Below, one piece after another: positions 35,943 through 44,733 of a stretch of DNA of 64,000 nt. A program made the position numbers and the translations under genes. How positions within the stretch are numbered: position 1 is the stretch's first letter; each line of letters begins with the position of its first letter. Location of the stretch: assembly GCA_035263125.1 (NCBI GenBank), contig DATFRP010000284.1, forward strand, positions 967 through 64,966, read 5' to 3'. This DNA comes from Vicinamibacterales bacterium. GTDB lineage: Bacteria > Acidobacteriota > Vicinamibacteria > Vicinamibacterales > UBA2999. The notes beneath the pieces were generated by a model. It was not told the origin of the DNA. It searched no databases and saw nothing but the letters and a program-made list of their open reading frames with translations.

Positions 35943-38900
35943 TCATCGGCCCTCGGCTTTGCCCGGGGCGTCCTGAGTGGGAGTCGACGAGCGCAGGCTG
36001 ACCGATCCAGCGCCGCAGATTCTTTCGACCTCCGAGACCAGGCTCTCGGACGGACGCACGCGGATCCCGCTGATGTCGGCGGTCACCCGAATGTGTTTCT
36101 CCTGCTCGTGAATCACGAACGCGACGCGACGGTCTCCCTTGTGATGCGCCAGCACTTCCAGCAGTTTCTCGAAGGTCGCTCGACCGTGCGGAGGCATCGA
36201 GAGACGGATGGCCACCGATTTGGCCAGACGTTCGCGCACCATCTCGATCGGCACGATTTCAGACGCCAGGATTCTCGAGGATTCGTCGTCGCGCTCAAAG
36301 CGCCCGGCGACGCACACCGTCTTCCCCGCTTCCGCCAGGTGGCCATGTTGCTTGAACGCTTCCGGGAACACCACCACCTCGATGCTCCCGTGGGCGTCGT
36401 CGAGCATGAACACGCACATGCGATCGCCTCGGCGGGTCTTGAGCGGCCGCAGTCCGGAGACGATACCGCCGATGGAGATCTCCTCAGCCACCAGTCGCCC
36501 ATTCCCGTTGCCCGACGGGAAGCCGTGGCCAGGCCGGTCATTCCCGTTGCTCGATCCCGCGGCCGGTGCAATCGAATCGTCGCCGCTGTCATCCTGCGGC
36601 GCGTCGGCCTCTTTCTTGACGACCAGATCTTTGGTGGTCTTCGATCCGTACTCGCGCAGATCGTCAGCCCATCGATCGATCGGATGGCCGCTCCAATAGA
36701 GACCGAGTGACTCTTTCTCGAAATTGAGCTGATCGATCTCCGACCAGGGCGGGACATCGGGGAGACGGACGACAGTCGGTCCCGCCTCTTCCTCTCCTCC
36801 ACCGAAGAGATCGACCTGTCCCAGATCCTTGTTCCGCTGCGTACGCGCGCCGTGCTCGAAGGCGCTTTCAATCGCCGCGAACAACTTCGCGCGAACGGCA
36901 GGCAGCGGCGCGCCAGTCGACGCTCCGGTCCCCGGGCCGATGATGGTGTCGCACGCACCCGATTTCACGAGCGCCTCGAACACGCGTTTGTTCGCGATCC
37001 GCAGATCGAGCACCTCGCACAACGCGTGCAAGGAGGGGATGCGGCCGCCGAGCAGCTCACGCGCCTGGATGATGGCGTTGATCGCGCCTTCGCCCAGTCC
37101 CTTGATGGCCGTCAGGCCGAACCGTACACCACGCCCGGGCTCGACCGTGAAGTTCAGCCGGCTCTCGGTGATGTCGGGCGGCAGCACCGGGATCCCGCGA
37201 TCGCGGCTCTCTGCCAGATACACCGCGAGCTTGTCGGTGTTCTGCGCTTCGATCGTCAGCAGAGCGGCAGCGAAGTGCCAGGGGTAGTTGGCCTTCAGAT
37301 AGGCTGTCTGGTAGGCGAGGAAGGCGTACGCGGTCGAATGCGACTTGTTGAAGCCGTACCCGGCGAAGTATTCCATCAGGTCGAAGATCTTGGTCGCCTT
37401 CTTCTCGTTGATCCCTTTGGCGAGCGCACCGTCCATGAAGTCGGCGCGCATCTTCGCCATGACCTTCGGATCCTTCTTCCCCATCGCCTTGCGCAGCATG
37501 TCGGCTTGCGCCAGCGAGAAACCGGCCAGCGCCTGCGCGATGAGCATCACCTGTTCCTGATAGGCGATGACGCCGTAGGTGTCGCCCAGGATCGGGGCCA
37601 GCTGCTGCAGGTCGTACTTGACCTCCTTCGTGCCCTGCTTGCGCGCGATGTAGTCGTCCACCATGCCGGACTTCAGCGGCCCTGGGCGATAGAGCGCGTT
37701 CAGCGCGATCAGATCGTCGAGCCGGTCCGGCCTCGCTTTGCGCAACAGCTCGCGCATGCCCGACGACTCGAACTGGAAGATGCCGTAGGCCGCGCCCTCC
37801 TGGAACACCTTGTAGGTCTTCGCGTCGTCCAGCGGCACGTTGTCGATGTCGAGGTCGATGCCTTCAGTCCGCTTGATCTCCTTCAGGGCATCGTCGATCA
37901 ATGTGAGCGTGCTGAGCCCCAGGAAGTCCATCTTCAGAAGGCCGACCCGCTCGACCTCCTTCATGTTCCACTGGGTGACGATTTCATCGCGCTGCCCTTT
38001 GTAGAGCGGCGCGTAGTCCGTGATCGGGCCGGGCGCGATGACGACGCCCGCGGCGTGCACCGACGCATGGCGCGACATGCCCTCGAGGCGCTTGCCGATC
38101 TCGATCACTTCCTTGACCTTCGGGTCCTTCGCCACCATGTCCTTGAGGACCGGATTCTCGGCGAGGGCCTTGTCCAGCGTCATGTCGAGCGCCGGCGGGA
38201 TCTGCTTGGCGATGTTGTTGACGTCGGCGTAGGGCATGTCGAGGGCGCGTCCGACGTCGCGTACCACCGCCTTGGCCTTCATCGTCCCGAAAGTGATGAT
38301 CTGGGCGACGTTCTCACGCCCGTATTTGCGTGTGACGTACTCGATCACCTCACCGCGCCGGCGTTCGCAGAAGTCCACGTCGATATCGGGCATGGACACG
38401 CGCTCGGGGTTGAGGAACCGCTCGAACAGCAGGTCGTAGTGGATCGGATCGACGTCAGTGATGCGCAGGCACCACGCAACCAGGGAGCCCGCCGCAGAAC
38501 CGCGGCCCGGCCCAACCGGGATGCCCCGCTCGCGTCCATACCGGATGAAATCCCAGACGATCAGGAAGTAGCCGGTGTAGCCCATCTCCTTGATCATCGC
38601 GATCTCATAGTCGAGACGCGTCGTGTACTCGTCGATCGTGTGCCGGAGCGAACCGGCCGCCTGCAGTTTCTGCAGGCGCGGCAGCCGCTGCGCAAATCCA
38701 TCGCGCGCGACCCGCTCGAAGTACTCATCGAGCGTCAACCCGTCAGGCACGCCAAATACCGGCAGATGGTTCGTGCCTTTCGGGATCGTGACGTTGCAAC
38801 GTTCCGCGACCAGAAGGGTGTTCTTGAGCGCGTCTTCATGCCCCCTGAAGACGCCGGCCATCTGCTCGGCCGTCTTCAGGAAGAACTGATCGCCGGTGTA

Positions 38901-39608
38901 CCGCAACCGCTTCTCGTCCTGTACCGTCTTGCCCGAACCGATGCAGAGCAGAATGTCGTGCGGCTGGTAATCGCCCTGGCGCAGGTAGTGCACGTCGTTG
39001 GTCGCAACCAATGGCAGATTCAGTTCGCGCGCGAGCGGGATGATGCCCCGATTGACCGTCTTCTGCTCTTCGATGCCCTGATACTGCATCTCGAGGAAGA
39101 AGTTGTTCGGACCCAGGATGTCGCGCAGCCGCGCCGCCGCTTCGAGTGCGGGACGCGCCTGCTCCACCTTGAGAGCGCTGGCGACTTCCCCCTTCAGGCA
39201 GCTGCTCAGGCCGATCAACCCTTTCGAGTGCTGGGCCAGCAGATCCTTGTCGATGCGAGGCCGATAGTAGAAACCCTCGGTGTAGCCGGCCGACACGAGT
39301 TTGATCAGATTCTTGTAGCCTTCGTCGGTCTCGGCCAGCAGCACGAGATGGTTGGTCTCCGTCTGTGGACCGCTCTTGTCGAACCGGCTGCCCTGTGCGA
39401 CGTAGACCTCGCATCCGAGAATCGGCTTCAGCCCGCGCTCGCGGGCGTGGTCGTGAAAGACCACCGATGAAAACATGTTGCCATGCTCGGTGACCGCCAG
39501 CCCCGGCATCTTCAGCTTGACCGCTTCGTCCAGCAGCTCGTCGATCCGGCACGCGCCGTCGAGGAGCGAGAACTCGGTGTGAAGATGAAGGTGGACGAAA
39601 TCAGTCAT
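35943..39608 (-). CDS. dnaE: DNA polymerase III subunit alpha
   Basis: 1221 aa. The PHP N-terminus is MTDFVHLHLHTEFSLLDGA, followed by the polymerase core (PDIDVDF, GLLKMDFLGL) and a C-terminal OB region. Confidence 0.95.
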   Translation of the reverse strand: MTDFVHLHLHTEFSLLDGACRIDELLDEAVKLKMPGLAVTEHGNMFSSVVFHDHARERGLKPILGCEVYVAQGSRFDKSGPQTETNHLVLLAETDEGYKNLIKLVSAGYTEGFYYRPRIDKDLLAQHSKGLIGLSSCLKGEVASALKVEQARPALEAAARLRDILGPNNFFLEMQYQGIEEQKTVNRGIIPLARELNLPLVATNDVHYLRQGDYQPHDILLCIGSGKTVQDEKRLRYTGDQFFLKTAEQMAGVFRGHEDALKNTLLVAERCNVTIPKGTNHLPVFGVPDGLTLDEYFERVARDGFAQRLPRLQKLQAAGSLRHTIDEYTTRLDYEIAMIKEMGYTGYFLIVWDFIRYGRERGIPVGPGRGSAAGSLVAWCLRITDVDPIHYDLLFERFLNPERVSMPDIDVDFCERRRGEVIEYVTRKYGRENVAQIITFGTMKAKAVVRDVGRALDMPYADVNNIAKQIPPALDMTLDKALAENPVLKDMVAKDPKVKEVIEIGKRLEGMSRHASVHAAGVVIAPGPITDYAPLYKGQRDEIVTQWNMKEVERVGLLKMDFLGLSTLTLIDDALKEIKRTEGIDLDIDNVPLDDAKTYKVFQEGAAYGIFQFESSGMRELLRKARPDRLDDLIALNALYRPGPLKSGMVDDYIARKQGTKEVKYDLQQLAPILGDTYGVIAYQEQVMLIAQALAGFSLAQADMLRKAMGKKDPKVMAKMRADFMDGALAKGINEKKATKIFDLMEYFAGYGFNKSHSTAYAFLAYQTAYLKANYPWHFAAALLTIEAQNTDKLAVYLAESRDRGIPVLPPDITESRLNFTVEPGRGVRFGLTAIKGLGEGAINAIIQARELLGGRIPSLHALCEVLDLRIANKRVFEALVKSGACDTIIGPGTGASTGAPLPAVRAKLFAAIESAFEHGARTQRNKDLGQVDLFGGGEEEAGPTVVRLPDVPPWSEIDQLNFEKESLGLYWSGHPIDRWADDLREYGSKTTKDLVVKKEADAPQDDSGDDSIAPAAGSSNGNDRPGHGFPSGNGNGRLVAEEISIGGIVSGLRPLKTRRGDRMCVFMLDDAHGSIEVVVFPEAFKQHGHLAEAGKTVCVAGRFERDDESSRILASEIVPIEMVRERLAKSVAIRLSMPPHGRATFEKLLEVLAHHKGDRRVAFVIHEQEKHIRVTADISGIRVRPSESLVSEVERICGAGSVSLRSSTPTQDAPGKAEGR

Positions 39609-39623
39609 TCACCAATGCTCGGT

Positions 39624-41189
39624 CTATTCCCATTCAATCGTTGACGGCGGCTTGGACGAGATGTCGTAGACCACACGATTGATGCCTCTGACTTCGTTCA
39701 CGATCCGAGACGAGATCGTGGCAAGCAGATCGTGCGGGAGGCGCGCCCAGTCTGCCGTCATGCCGTCGAGGCTCTCGACCGCTCGGATCGCGACGGTGTA
39801 CTCGTACGTGCGCGCATCCCCCATCACGCCGACGCTCTGCACCGGGAGCAGCACCGCAAAGCTTTGCCACAGCCGTTCGTACCAGCCAGCCTTCCGGATC
39901 TCCTCGGCGACGATGCGATCGGCGAGGCGCAGCAGCGTCAAGCGATCCGCGGTGATCTCGCCCACGACACGAACTGCGAGACCAGGCCCCGGGAAGGGCT
40001 GGCGAACCACGAACTCGCGCTCGAGTCCGAGATCCTCCCCGACCCGTCGCACTTCGTCTTTGAACAGATCGCGCAGCGGCTCCACGAGCGTGAAGTTCAT
40101 GCGCTCGGGCAGACCGCCCACGTTGTGATGGCTCTTGATGACGACAGCCGGACCGTGCACCGACGCCGACTCGATGACGTCGGGATACAACGTCCCTTGC
40201 CCGAGAAACCCGAAGCCGCCAAGCTCGTTGGCGCGCCGCTCGAACACGTCGATGAACGTCGTGCCGATGATCTTCCGCTTTTGCTCCGGGTCGGTCACGC
40301 CGGCCAGCCGTTGAAGGAAGAGGGCGCTGGCGTCGACGAAATCGAGCGGCAGGCGCAGCTTGCCGCGAAACCGCGTTTGAATCTGATTGGCTTCGTCGTA
40401 TCGCAGGAGCCCGTTGTCGACGAAGATGCAGGTGAGTCGGTCGCCGATCGCGCGATGAATCAGCATCGCGGCGACCGTCGAATCCACACCGCCCGACAGC
40501 CCGCACACGACCTTGCCCGTACCAACCTGTTCACGGATGCGCGCCGTCGCCTCCTCGATGAAGGAGGAGATCGTCCAATCCCCGACGCACCCGCACACGC
40601 CGTACGCAAACGCCCGCAGAATCTCGATCCCGTAATCGGTGTGCGCGACCTCTGGATGGAACAGCAGCGCGTAGAGCTGACGATCGGGCGCTTCCATTGC
40701 CGCGATCGGCGCGGTCGCGCTCGTGGCCGCCACCTGGAATCCAGGCGGCACGGAAGCCACGTCGTCGCCATGGCTCGCCCACACCCGGAGTTCCATCGGA
40801 ACGTCAGCGAACAAACGCGGCGCCGCGCTGTGGCCTGGCATGCCGTTTCGAGTGACCTTGACGAGGGCGTGACCGAACTCCCGATGGCCCGACCGACGCA
40901 CTTCGCCGCCGAGTATGTCGGTCATCAGTTGCATGCCGTAGCAGATGCCGAGCACCGGGCGGCCGAGATCGAAGAGTCCCGCTTCGCATCGCGGTGCCCC
41001 GTCGTCCGATACGCTGCTCGGCCCACCTGACAGGATCACGCCGACGGGGTCCTTCGCGCGAAGTACCTCAACCGGTGTGTTGAAGGGCAGGATCTCGGTG
41101 TAGATCGAAAGCTCACGGAGTCGGCGAGCGATCAGCTGTGTGTACTGGGACCCGAAGTCGAGGACGAGAATCGTTTGATGTGACACCAT
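39624..41189 (-). CDS. guaA: GMP synthase (glutamine-hydrolysing)
   Basis: 521 aa with [25 protein letters not shown], the PP-loop [10 protein letters not shown], and the C-terminus ending PPSTIEWE. Confidence 0.95.
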   Translation of the reverse strand: MVSHQTILVLDFGSQYTQLIARRLRELSIYTEILPFNTPVEVLRAKDPVGVILSGGPSSVSDDGAPRCEAGLFDLGRPVLGICYGMQLMTDILGGEVRRSGHREFGHALVKVTRNGMPGHSAAPRLFADVPMELRVWASHGDDVASVPPGFQVAATSATAPIAAMEAPDRQLYALLFHPEVAHTDYGIEILRAFAYGVCGCVGDWTISSFIEEATARIREQVGTGKVVCGLSGGVDSTVAAMLIHRAIGDRLTCIFVDNGLLRYDEANQIQTRFRGKLRLPLDFVDASALFLQRLAGVTDPEQKRKIIGTTFIDVFERRANELGGFGFLGQGTLYPDVIESASVHGPAVVIKSHHNVGGLPERMNFTLVEPLRDLFKDEVRRVGEDLGLEREFVVRQPFPGPGLAVRVVGEITADRLTLLRLADRIVAEEIRKAGWYERLWQSFAVLLPVQSVGVMGDARTYEYTVAIRAVESLDGMTADWARLPHDLLATISSRIVNEVRGINRVVYDISSKPPSTIEWE

Positions 41190-41195
41190 CGAAAG

Positions 41196-41245
41196 GAATC
41201 AGGATTCAGGAATCAGGATTCAGAAATCAGGAATCAGGATTCAGG
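41196..41245. repeat. Tandem heptad repeat GAWTCAG (about 7 units) carrying six GANTC sites, in guaA/bamB-like divergent intergenic region
   Basis: GAATCAG GATTCAG GAATCAG GATTCAG aAATCAG GAATCAG GATTCAG, read directly. It starts 7 nt upstream of the guaA start codon. Confidence 0.85.
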
Positions 41246-41277
41246 CATCGAGACGCGTTATTATCCCACAACATATA

Positions 41278-42462
41278 GTGGCCCGATCACTTCGAACGTA
41301 CGTCTTATTGCTATTCTCATGCTTGGGCGCCTGCCCCTACTGTGCGGTTGCGCGCGCCGAACACACGCCGATCGATCCGCCGCTCGCTGCGCTGCTTCCC
41401 TCGGAACAGGCGTGGCTCATCACGCTTCCCTTTCCACCGTCTGCGCCGGCGGCGATGGACGAGACGCGCGTTTACATACCACTCGCCGGCGAGCACTTCA
41501 TCGCGCTGAACCGGCAGACCGGCGCAACGATCTGGAGCGTCGACATCGAGAGCGAGTGGTCCCCGCTCGTGCGCGACGGCGTGGTGTACATCGCAGCCAG
41601 CGACGAACTCCACGCCCTGGACGCAGCGACGGGCAATCACAAATGGCGTGTCCCGCTGCCTCGCAGCCCGATGGCCGCTCTTGCGATGACGGAAAGCGCG
41701 ATCATCGCGCTGGTCACGCCGGACGAAGTGTTGGCGTTCCGTCCGGCAGATGGAAGCCAGCTCTGGGCTCAGTCGTTCGGCGGTACGTCTGGACCTGCGT
41801 CGATGGCCGTCGATCGCTCCCGCATTGTCGTGACCCTTGGCTCCCGGGTGTTGCGCGTCGATCACGGAAAGGGCGCCGTACGGTGGAGTCGCACATTGCC
41901 TGGCATGCTGCGATCGCCTGTCCTCGCCGGCAATCGCGTCTTTGTCGGATCGACGGACAACGAAGTTCACGCGCTCAATGCCGACAGCGGCGGCGTGGAC
42001 TGGTCGTTTCAGGTCGGAGGCGACGTGATCGGCGCCGCGACCGCCGATGACGTAGTGTTCGTCGTGTCGCTCGACAACGTGCTGCGCGCCCTCAAGCAGG
42101 GCTCCGGCAATCAAGTGTGGCTTCAGAAACTCAACATGCGACCGGCGGCGCCGCCGTATGCGCTTGGCGGCATCGTCGTCGTGCCAGGGATGTCGACGCC
42201 GCTGGCGACGTTCAACGCGAAAACGGGAAAGTTGATCGCGACGCTCGACACGACAGCGGATCTGCCCGACGTCAAGTTCCTCGCCCCGACACTCGTATCT
42301 TCCAAGCTGACCCCGTTTACCGTGTCGCTGGTCGCGATCACGCGCGACGGGCGCGCGATGGGTCATCGGTCGGTCGCGATGATGTTCCGTGATGCCGCGC
42401 TCGTGCCGCTGACGACTCTTCCAGGAAAACCGCTGACGAAGGAACGCTCGACGATCCCCTGA
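41278..42462 (+). CDS. PQQ-like beta-propeller lipoprotein, BamB-like
   Basis: 394 aa. The signal peptide has a lipobox-like LGAC. Repeated blades follow, of the type G.IWSVDIES, VYIAASDELHALDAATGNHKW, VFVGSTDNEVHALNADSGGVDW. Size and architecture fit BamB. It uses a GTG start. Confidence 0.55.
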   Translation: MARSLRTYVLLLFSCLGACPYCAVARAEHTPIDPPLAALLPSEQAWLITLPFPPSAPAAMDETRVYIPLAGEHFIALNRQTGATIWSVDIESEWSPLVRDGVVYIAASDELHALDAATGNHKWRVPLPRSPMAALAMTESAIIALVTPDEVLAFRPADGSQLWAQSFGGTSGPASMAVDRSRIVVTLGSRVLRVDHGKGAVRWSRTLPGMLRSPVLAGNRVFVGSTDNEVHALNADSGGVDWSFQVGGDVIGAATADDVVFVVSLDNVLRALKQGSGNQVWLQKLNMRPAAPPYALGGIVVVPGMSTPLATFNAKTGKLIATLDTTADLPDVKFLAPTLVSSKLTPFTVSLVAITRDGRAMGHRSVAMMFRDAALVPLTTLPGKPLTKERSTIP

Positions 42463-42472
42463 TCGGCCACGA

Positions 42473-43699
42473 TCACGAGCTGGTCAGCGCTGGCTGAAGG
42501 ACGGTCGCAAGTCGTTTGACGCCTTCTTCAATCCGATCGACCGACGGCGCCGAGAACGACAACCGAATCGTCTGGTGTCCGCTGCCGTCGACGAAGAACG
42601 CGCTCCCGATCACGAAGACGACGCCCTGATCGAGCGCGAGACGGAGCACGTCCAGATCCCTACGCCCTTCCGGCAGCGTCGCCCAGACGAAGAAGCCGCC
42701 TTTCGGCGACTCCCACGACAGCCGGTCGCCGATATGCGTGCGAATCGCGCGCTCGATCACATCACGCTTCCGTCGATACGCGGCTCGAAGCGTTGGCGCC
42801 AGCCGATCGATCACGCCGCGCCGGATCGCCTCGAACGCGATGTGTTGATCGAGCACCCCCGATGAGAGATCGGTCGATTGTTTGGCGGTGTCGAATCGAT
42901 CGACCAGAACACGCGGCGCCGCCATCCACCCGACGCGGAACCCGGGCGCCAGCGTTTTCGACACGGTGCTCAAGTACAGCACGCGCCCGTTAGTATCGTC
43001 GGCGGCGATCGGACGAGTCTCCGCCGCGCTCGCTACGTCCTCGAAGTACAGCGAGCCGTACGGATCGTCCTCGACGATCAACACGTCGCGTCGTTCGGCC
43101 CATTCGAGGAGCCGTCTCCGCTTGTCGAGCGCCAGCAGACTGCCCGTGGGATTCTGGAAGTTCGGGATGATGTACAAGAGCTTGACCGTATGACCGGCAC
43201 GGTGCTCCCGCTGCCAGACTTCGTCGAGATGATCGAGGCTGATCCCATCGGCCTCCAGCTTCACACCGACGATGTTCGCCTGCGCGTTCTTGAACGCGGC
43301 GATTCCCCCCGTAAACGTCGGCAGCTCGACCAGGACGACGTCGCCAGGGCTGATGATCACACGCGCGATGAGATCGATGCCCTGTTGCGAGCCACTGGTG
43401 ATGATGACGTTCTCGCGCACGGTCTTGATTCCGCGGGCCTCGAGCACGTCGACCAGCGTCTCCACGAGAGGCATGTGTCCACGCGTCGGTCCGTATTGCA
43501 AGGTGTCGCCGTCGTCGCCGCGCAGCAGTGAGTCGGCGATCGCGCGAAGCTCGTCCCACGGAAACAGCTCGGGGTCCGGATACCCGGGAGCAAACGACAC
43601 CATGTCGGGTGCCTGCGACACGAGGATGCCCATCTGCCGGATCGCGGAGCCGGCGAGCTGTCGTCCCGTGGCCGAAAGAAAGCGCTCGTAGTCGGTCAT
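42473..43699 (-). CDS. PLP-dependent aminotransferase, class I/II (LysN/ARO8-like)
   Basis: 408 aa with SFAPGYPDPELFP, QYGPTRGH, ITSGSQQGIDL, YIIPNFQNPTG and STVSKTLAPGFRVGW. The last motif contains the PLP-Lys region. Confidence 0.8.
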   Translation of the reverse strand: MTDYERFLSATGRQLAGSAIRQMGILVSQAPDMVSFAPGYPDPELFPWDELRAIADSLLRGDDGDTLQYGPTRGHMPLVETLVDVLEARGIKTVRENVIITSGSQQGIDLIARVIISPGDVVLVELPTFTGGIAAFKNAQANIVGVKLEADGISLDHLDEVWQREHRAGHTVKLLYIIPNFQNPTGSLLALDKRRRLLEWAERRDVLIVEDDPYGSLYFEDVASAAETRPIAADDTNGRVLYLSTVSKTLAPGFRVGWMAAPRVLVDRFDTAKQSTDLSSGVLDQHIAFEAIRRGVIDRLAPTLRAAYRRKRDVIERAIRTHIGDRLSWESPKGGFFVWATLPEGRRDLDVLRLALDQGVVFVIGSAFFVDGSGHQTIRLSFSAPSVDRIEEGVKRLATVLQPALTSS

Positions 43700-44733
43700 G
43701 ACATCTCCGCGGCGTTCACTCCCGGATCCGGTTCAGCACGGGCACGTGACCTCCCCCGGACACGAGCGCCGGCAAGCGACGTCCGGGCGTCATCACGGTA
43801 GAGCGTGACGTAGGCCGCGATAGACGAGAGACCGATGTATTGAAAGACGATGTCGCGGAGCATCCAGGCCAGCAGTTGCAGCGGCAGGACCGTGAGTCCG
43901 AAGAGCGGAATGAATGCGATCAAGCCGAGGGCCGCGGTTGCGACCAACGACGCCGACGTCGCACACAGGACGAGCGCGAGCACGACCAGGAACACGGCGG
44001 CGACCAACCGCCGTTCGCGACGGAGAAACGCAGACACGCGCGGGAACGCCGACATGATCGAGCAGTCGTCGGCGACGATCACGATCTGCATGAGCAAGTA
44101 CAGGAAGTTGACGATCGTGATCCATGCGACGAAGACCACTGTGAACGCGACGAGCAGACCAGCGCTCCAGCTCGCCGAGACGACGATGACGTAGATCGCG
44201 CCCGACGCGAGATACACGCCCATCAGCGCGAGACCGAGGCGCGCAAACCGGGGAAAGAGTGCGCGCGCCGACTCGACGAACTGATCGACGGAAAACGCCG
44301 ACGCCGTCGCGATCACGTCGGGCAGCAGCAATGGAGGCTGTTCAACCGGCCCGGCTTTACGCTCGCCCCGGACCATGATGGCGACCGCACCCCCCTTGAT
44401 CAGGAACACGAAGAGAGACGCGCCGGCAATCACGACGCCCAGCGACGCGATCCACGCGGTGAGCACCAGGGGGCGCGAGAGCAACGACGCCACGATCGTG
44501 GTGGCGACCTCACGCCAATCCTGTGACATCAGCGCGACCGGCTCCTCGCCGACGACCAGCGCGACCAGAAAGATGCCGCCCGCGAGCGGCGCCAGGATCA
44601 GGAGCTTGAACAGCGAGTCGGCAATCGCCTGAATGACCGCGACCGGCCAGTTCGCGGCCGCGACCAGGGCGCCGCGCTTCAGGGTGAGCTTGAGAGTGTT
44701 GGAGAAGGTCACCGGGCTACATGGTACGTCCAA
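43696..44733 (-). CDS. Hypothetical polytopic membrane protein
   Basis: 345-aa ORF with about 6-7 hydrophobic segments and no family recognised. Its stop overlaps the aminotransferase start (ATGA). The start is uncertain: 44733 overlaps the divergent kinase ORF, and GTG 44712 is an alternative. Confidence 0.5.
   Translation of the reverse strand: MDVPCSPVTFSNTLKLTLKRGALVAAANWPVAVIQAIADSLFKLLILAPLAGGIFLVALVVGEEPVALMSQDWREVATTIVASLLSRPLVLTAWIASLGVVIAGASLFVFLIKGGAVAIMVRGERKAGPVEQPPLLLPDVIATASAFSVDQFVESARALFPRFARLGLALMGVYLASGAIYVIVVSASWSAGLLVAFTVVFVAWITIVNFLYLLMQIVIVADDCSIMSAFPRVSAFLRRERRLVAAVFLVVLALVLCATSASLVATAALGLIAFIPLFGLTVLPLQLLAWMLRDIVFQYIGLSSIAAYVTLYRDDARTSLAGARVRGRSRARAEPDPGVNAAEMS

Noticed and set aside
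36852-39470. Very long ORFs antisense or out-of-frame to recognised genes. Examples: 36852-39470 (+) opposite dnaE, 46905-49259 (-) opposite the kinase, 3871-4869 (+) opposite murQ, 10028-11044 (-), 27124-28386 (+), 28444-29640 (+), 29800-30936 (+), 51254-52726 (+), 51399-52796 (-), 52932-54188 (-), 57749-58885 (-), 60303-61637 (-), 61813-62736 (-), 62073-63314 (+).
   Set aside because: Their translations are Arg/Pro/Ala/Gly-rich low-complexity strings with no recognisable motifs. The opposite or alternate frame in each case encodes a clearly conserved protein. Long stop-free antisense frames are expected in GC-rich DNA.
41196-41245. Heptad repeats (also at 54566-54645) as a CRISPR array.
   Set aside because: The units are 7 nt with no spacers, and no cas genes are present. 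These are microsatellite or hairpin elements.
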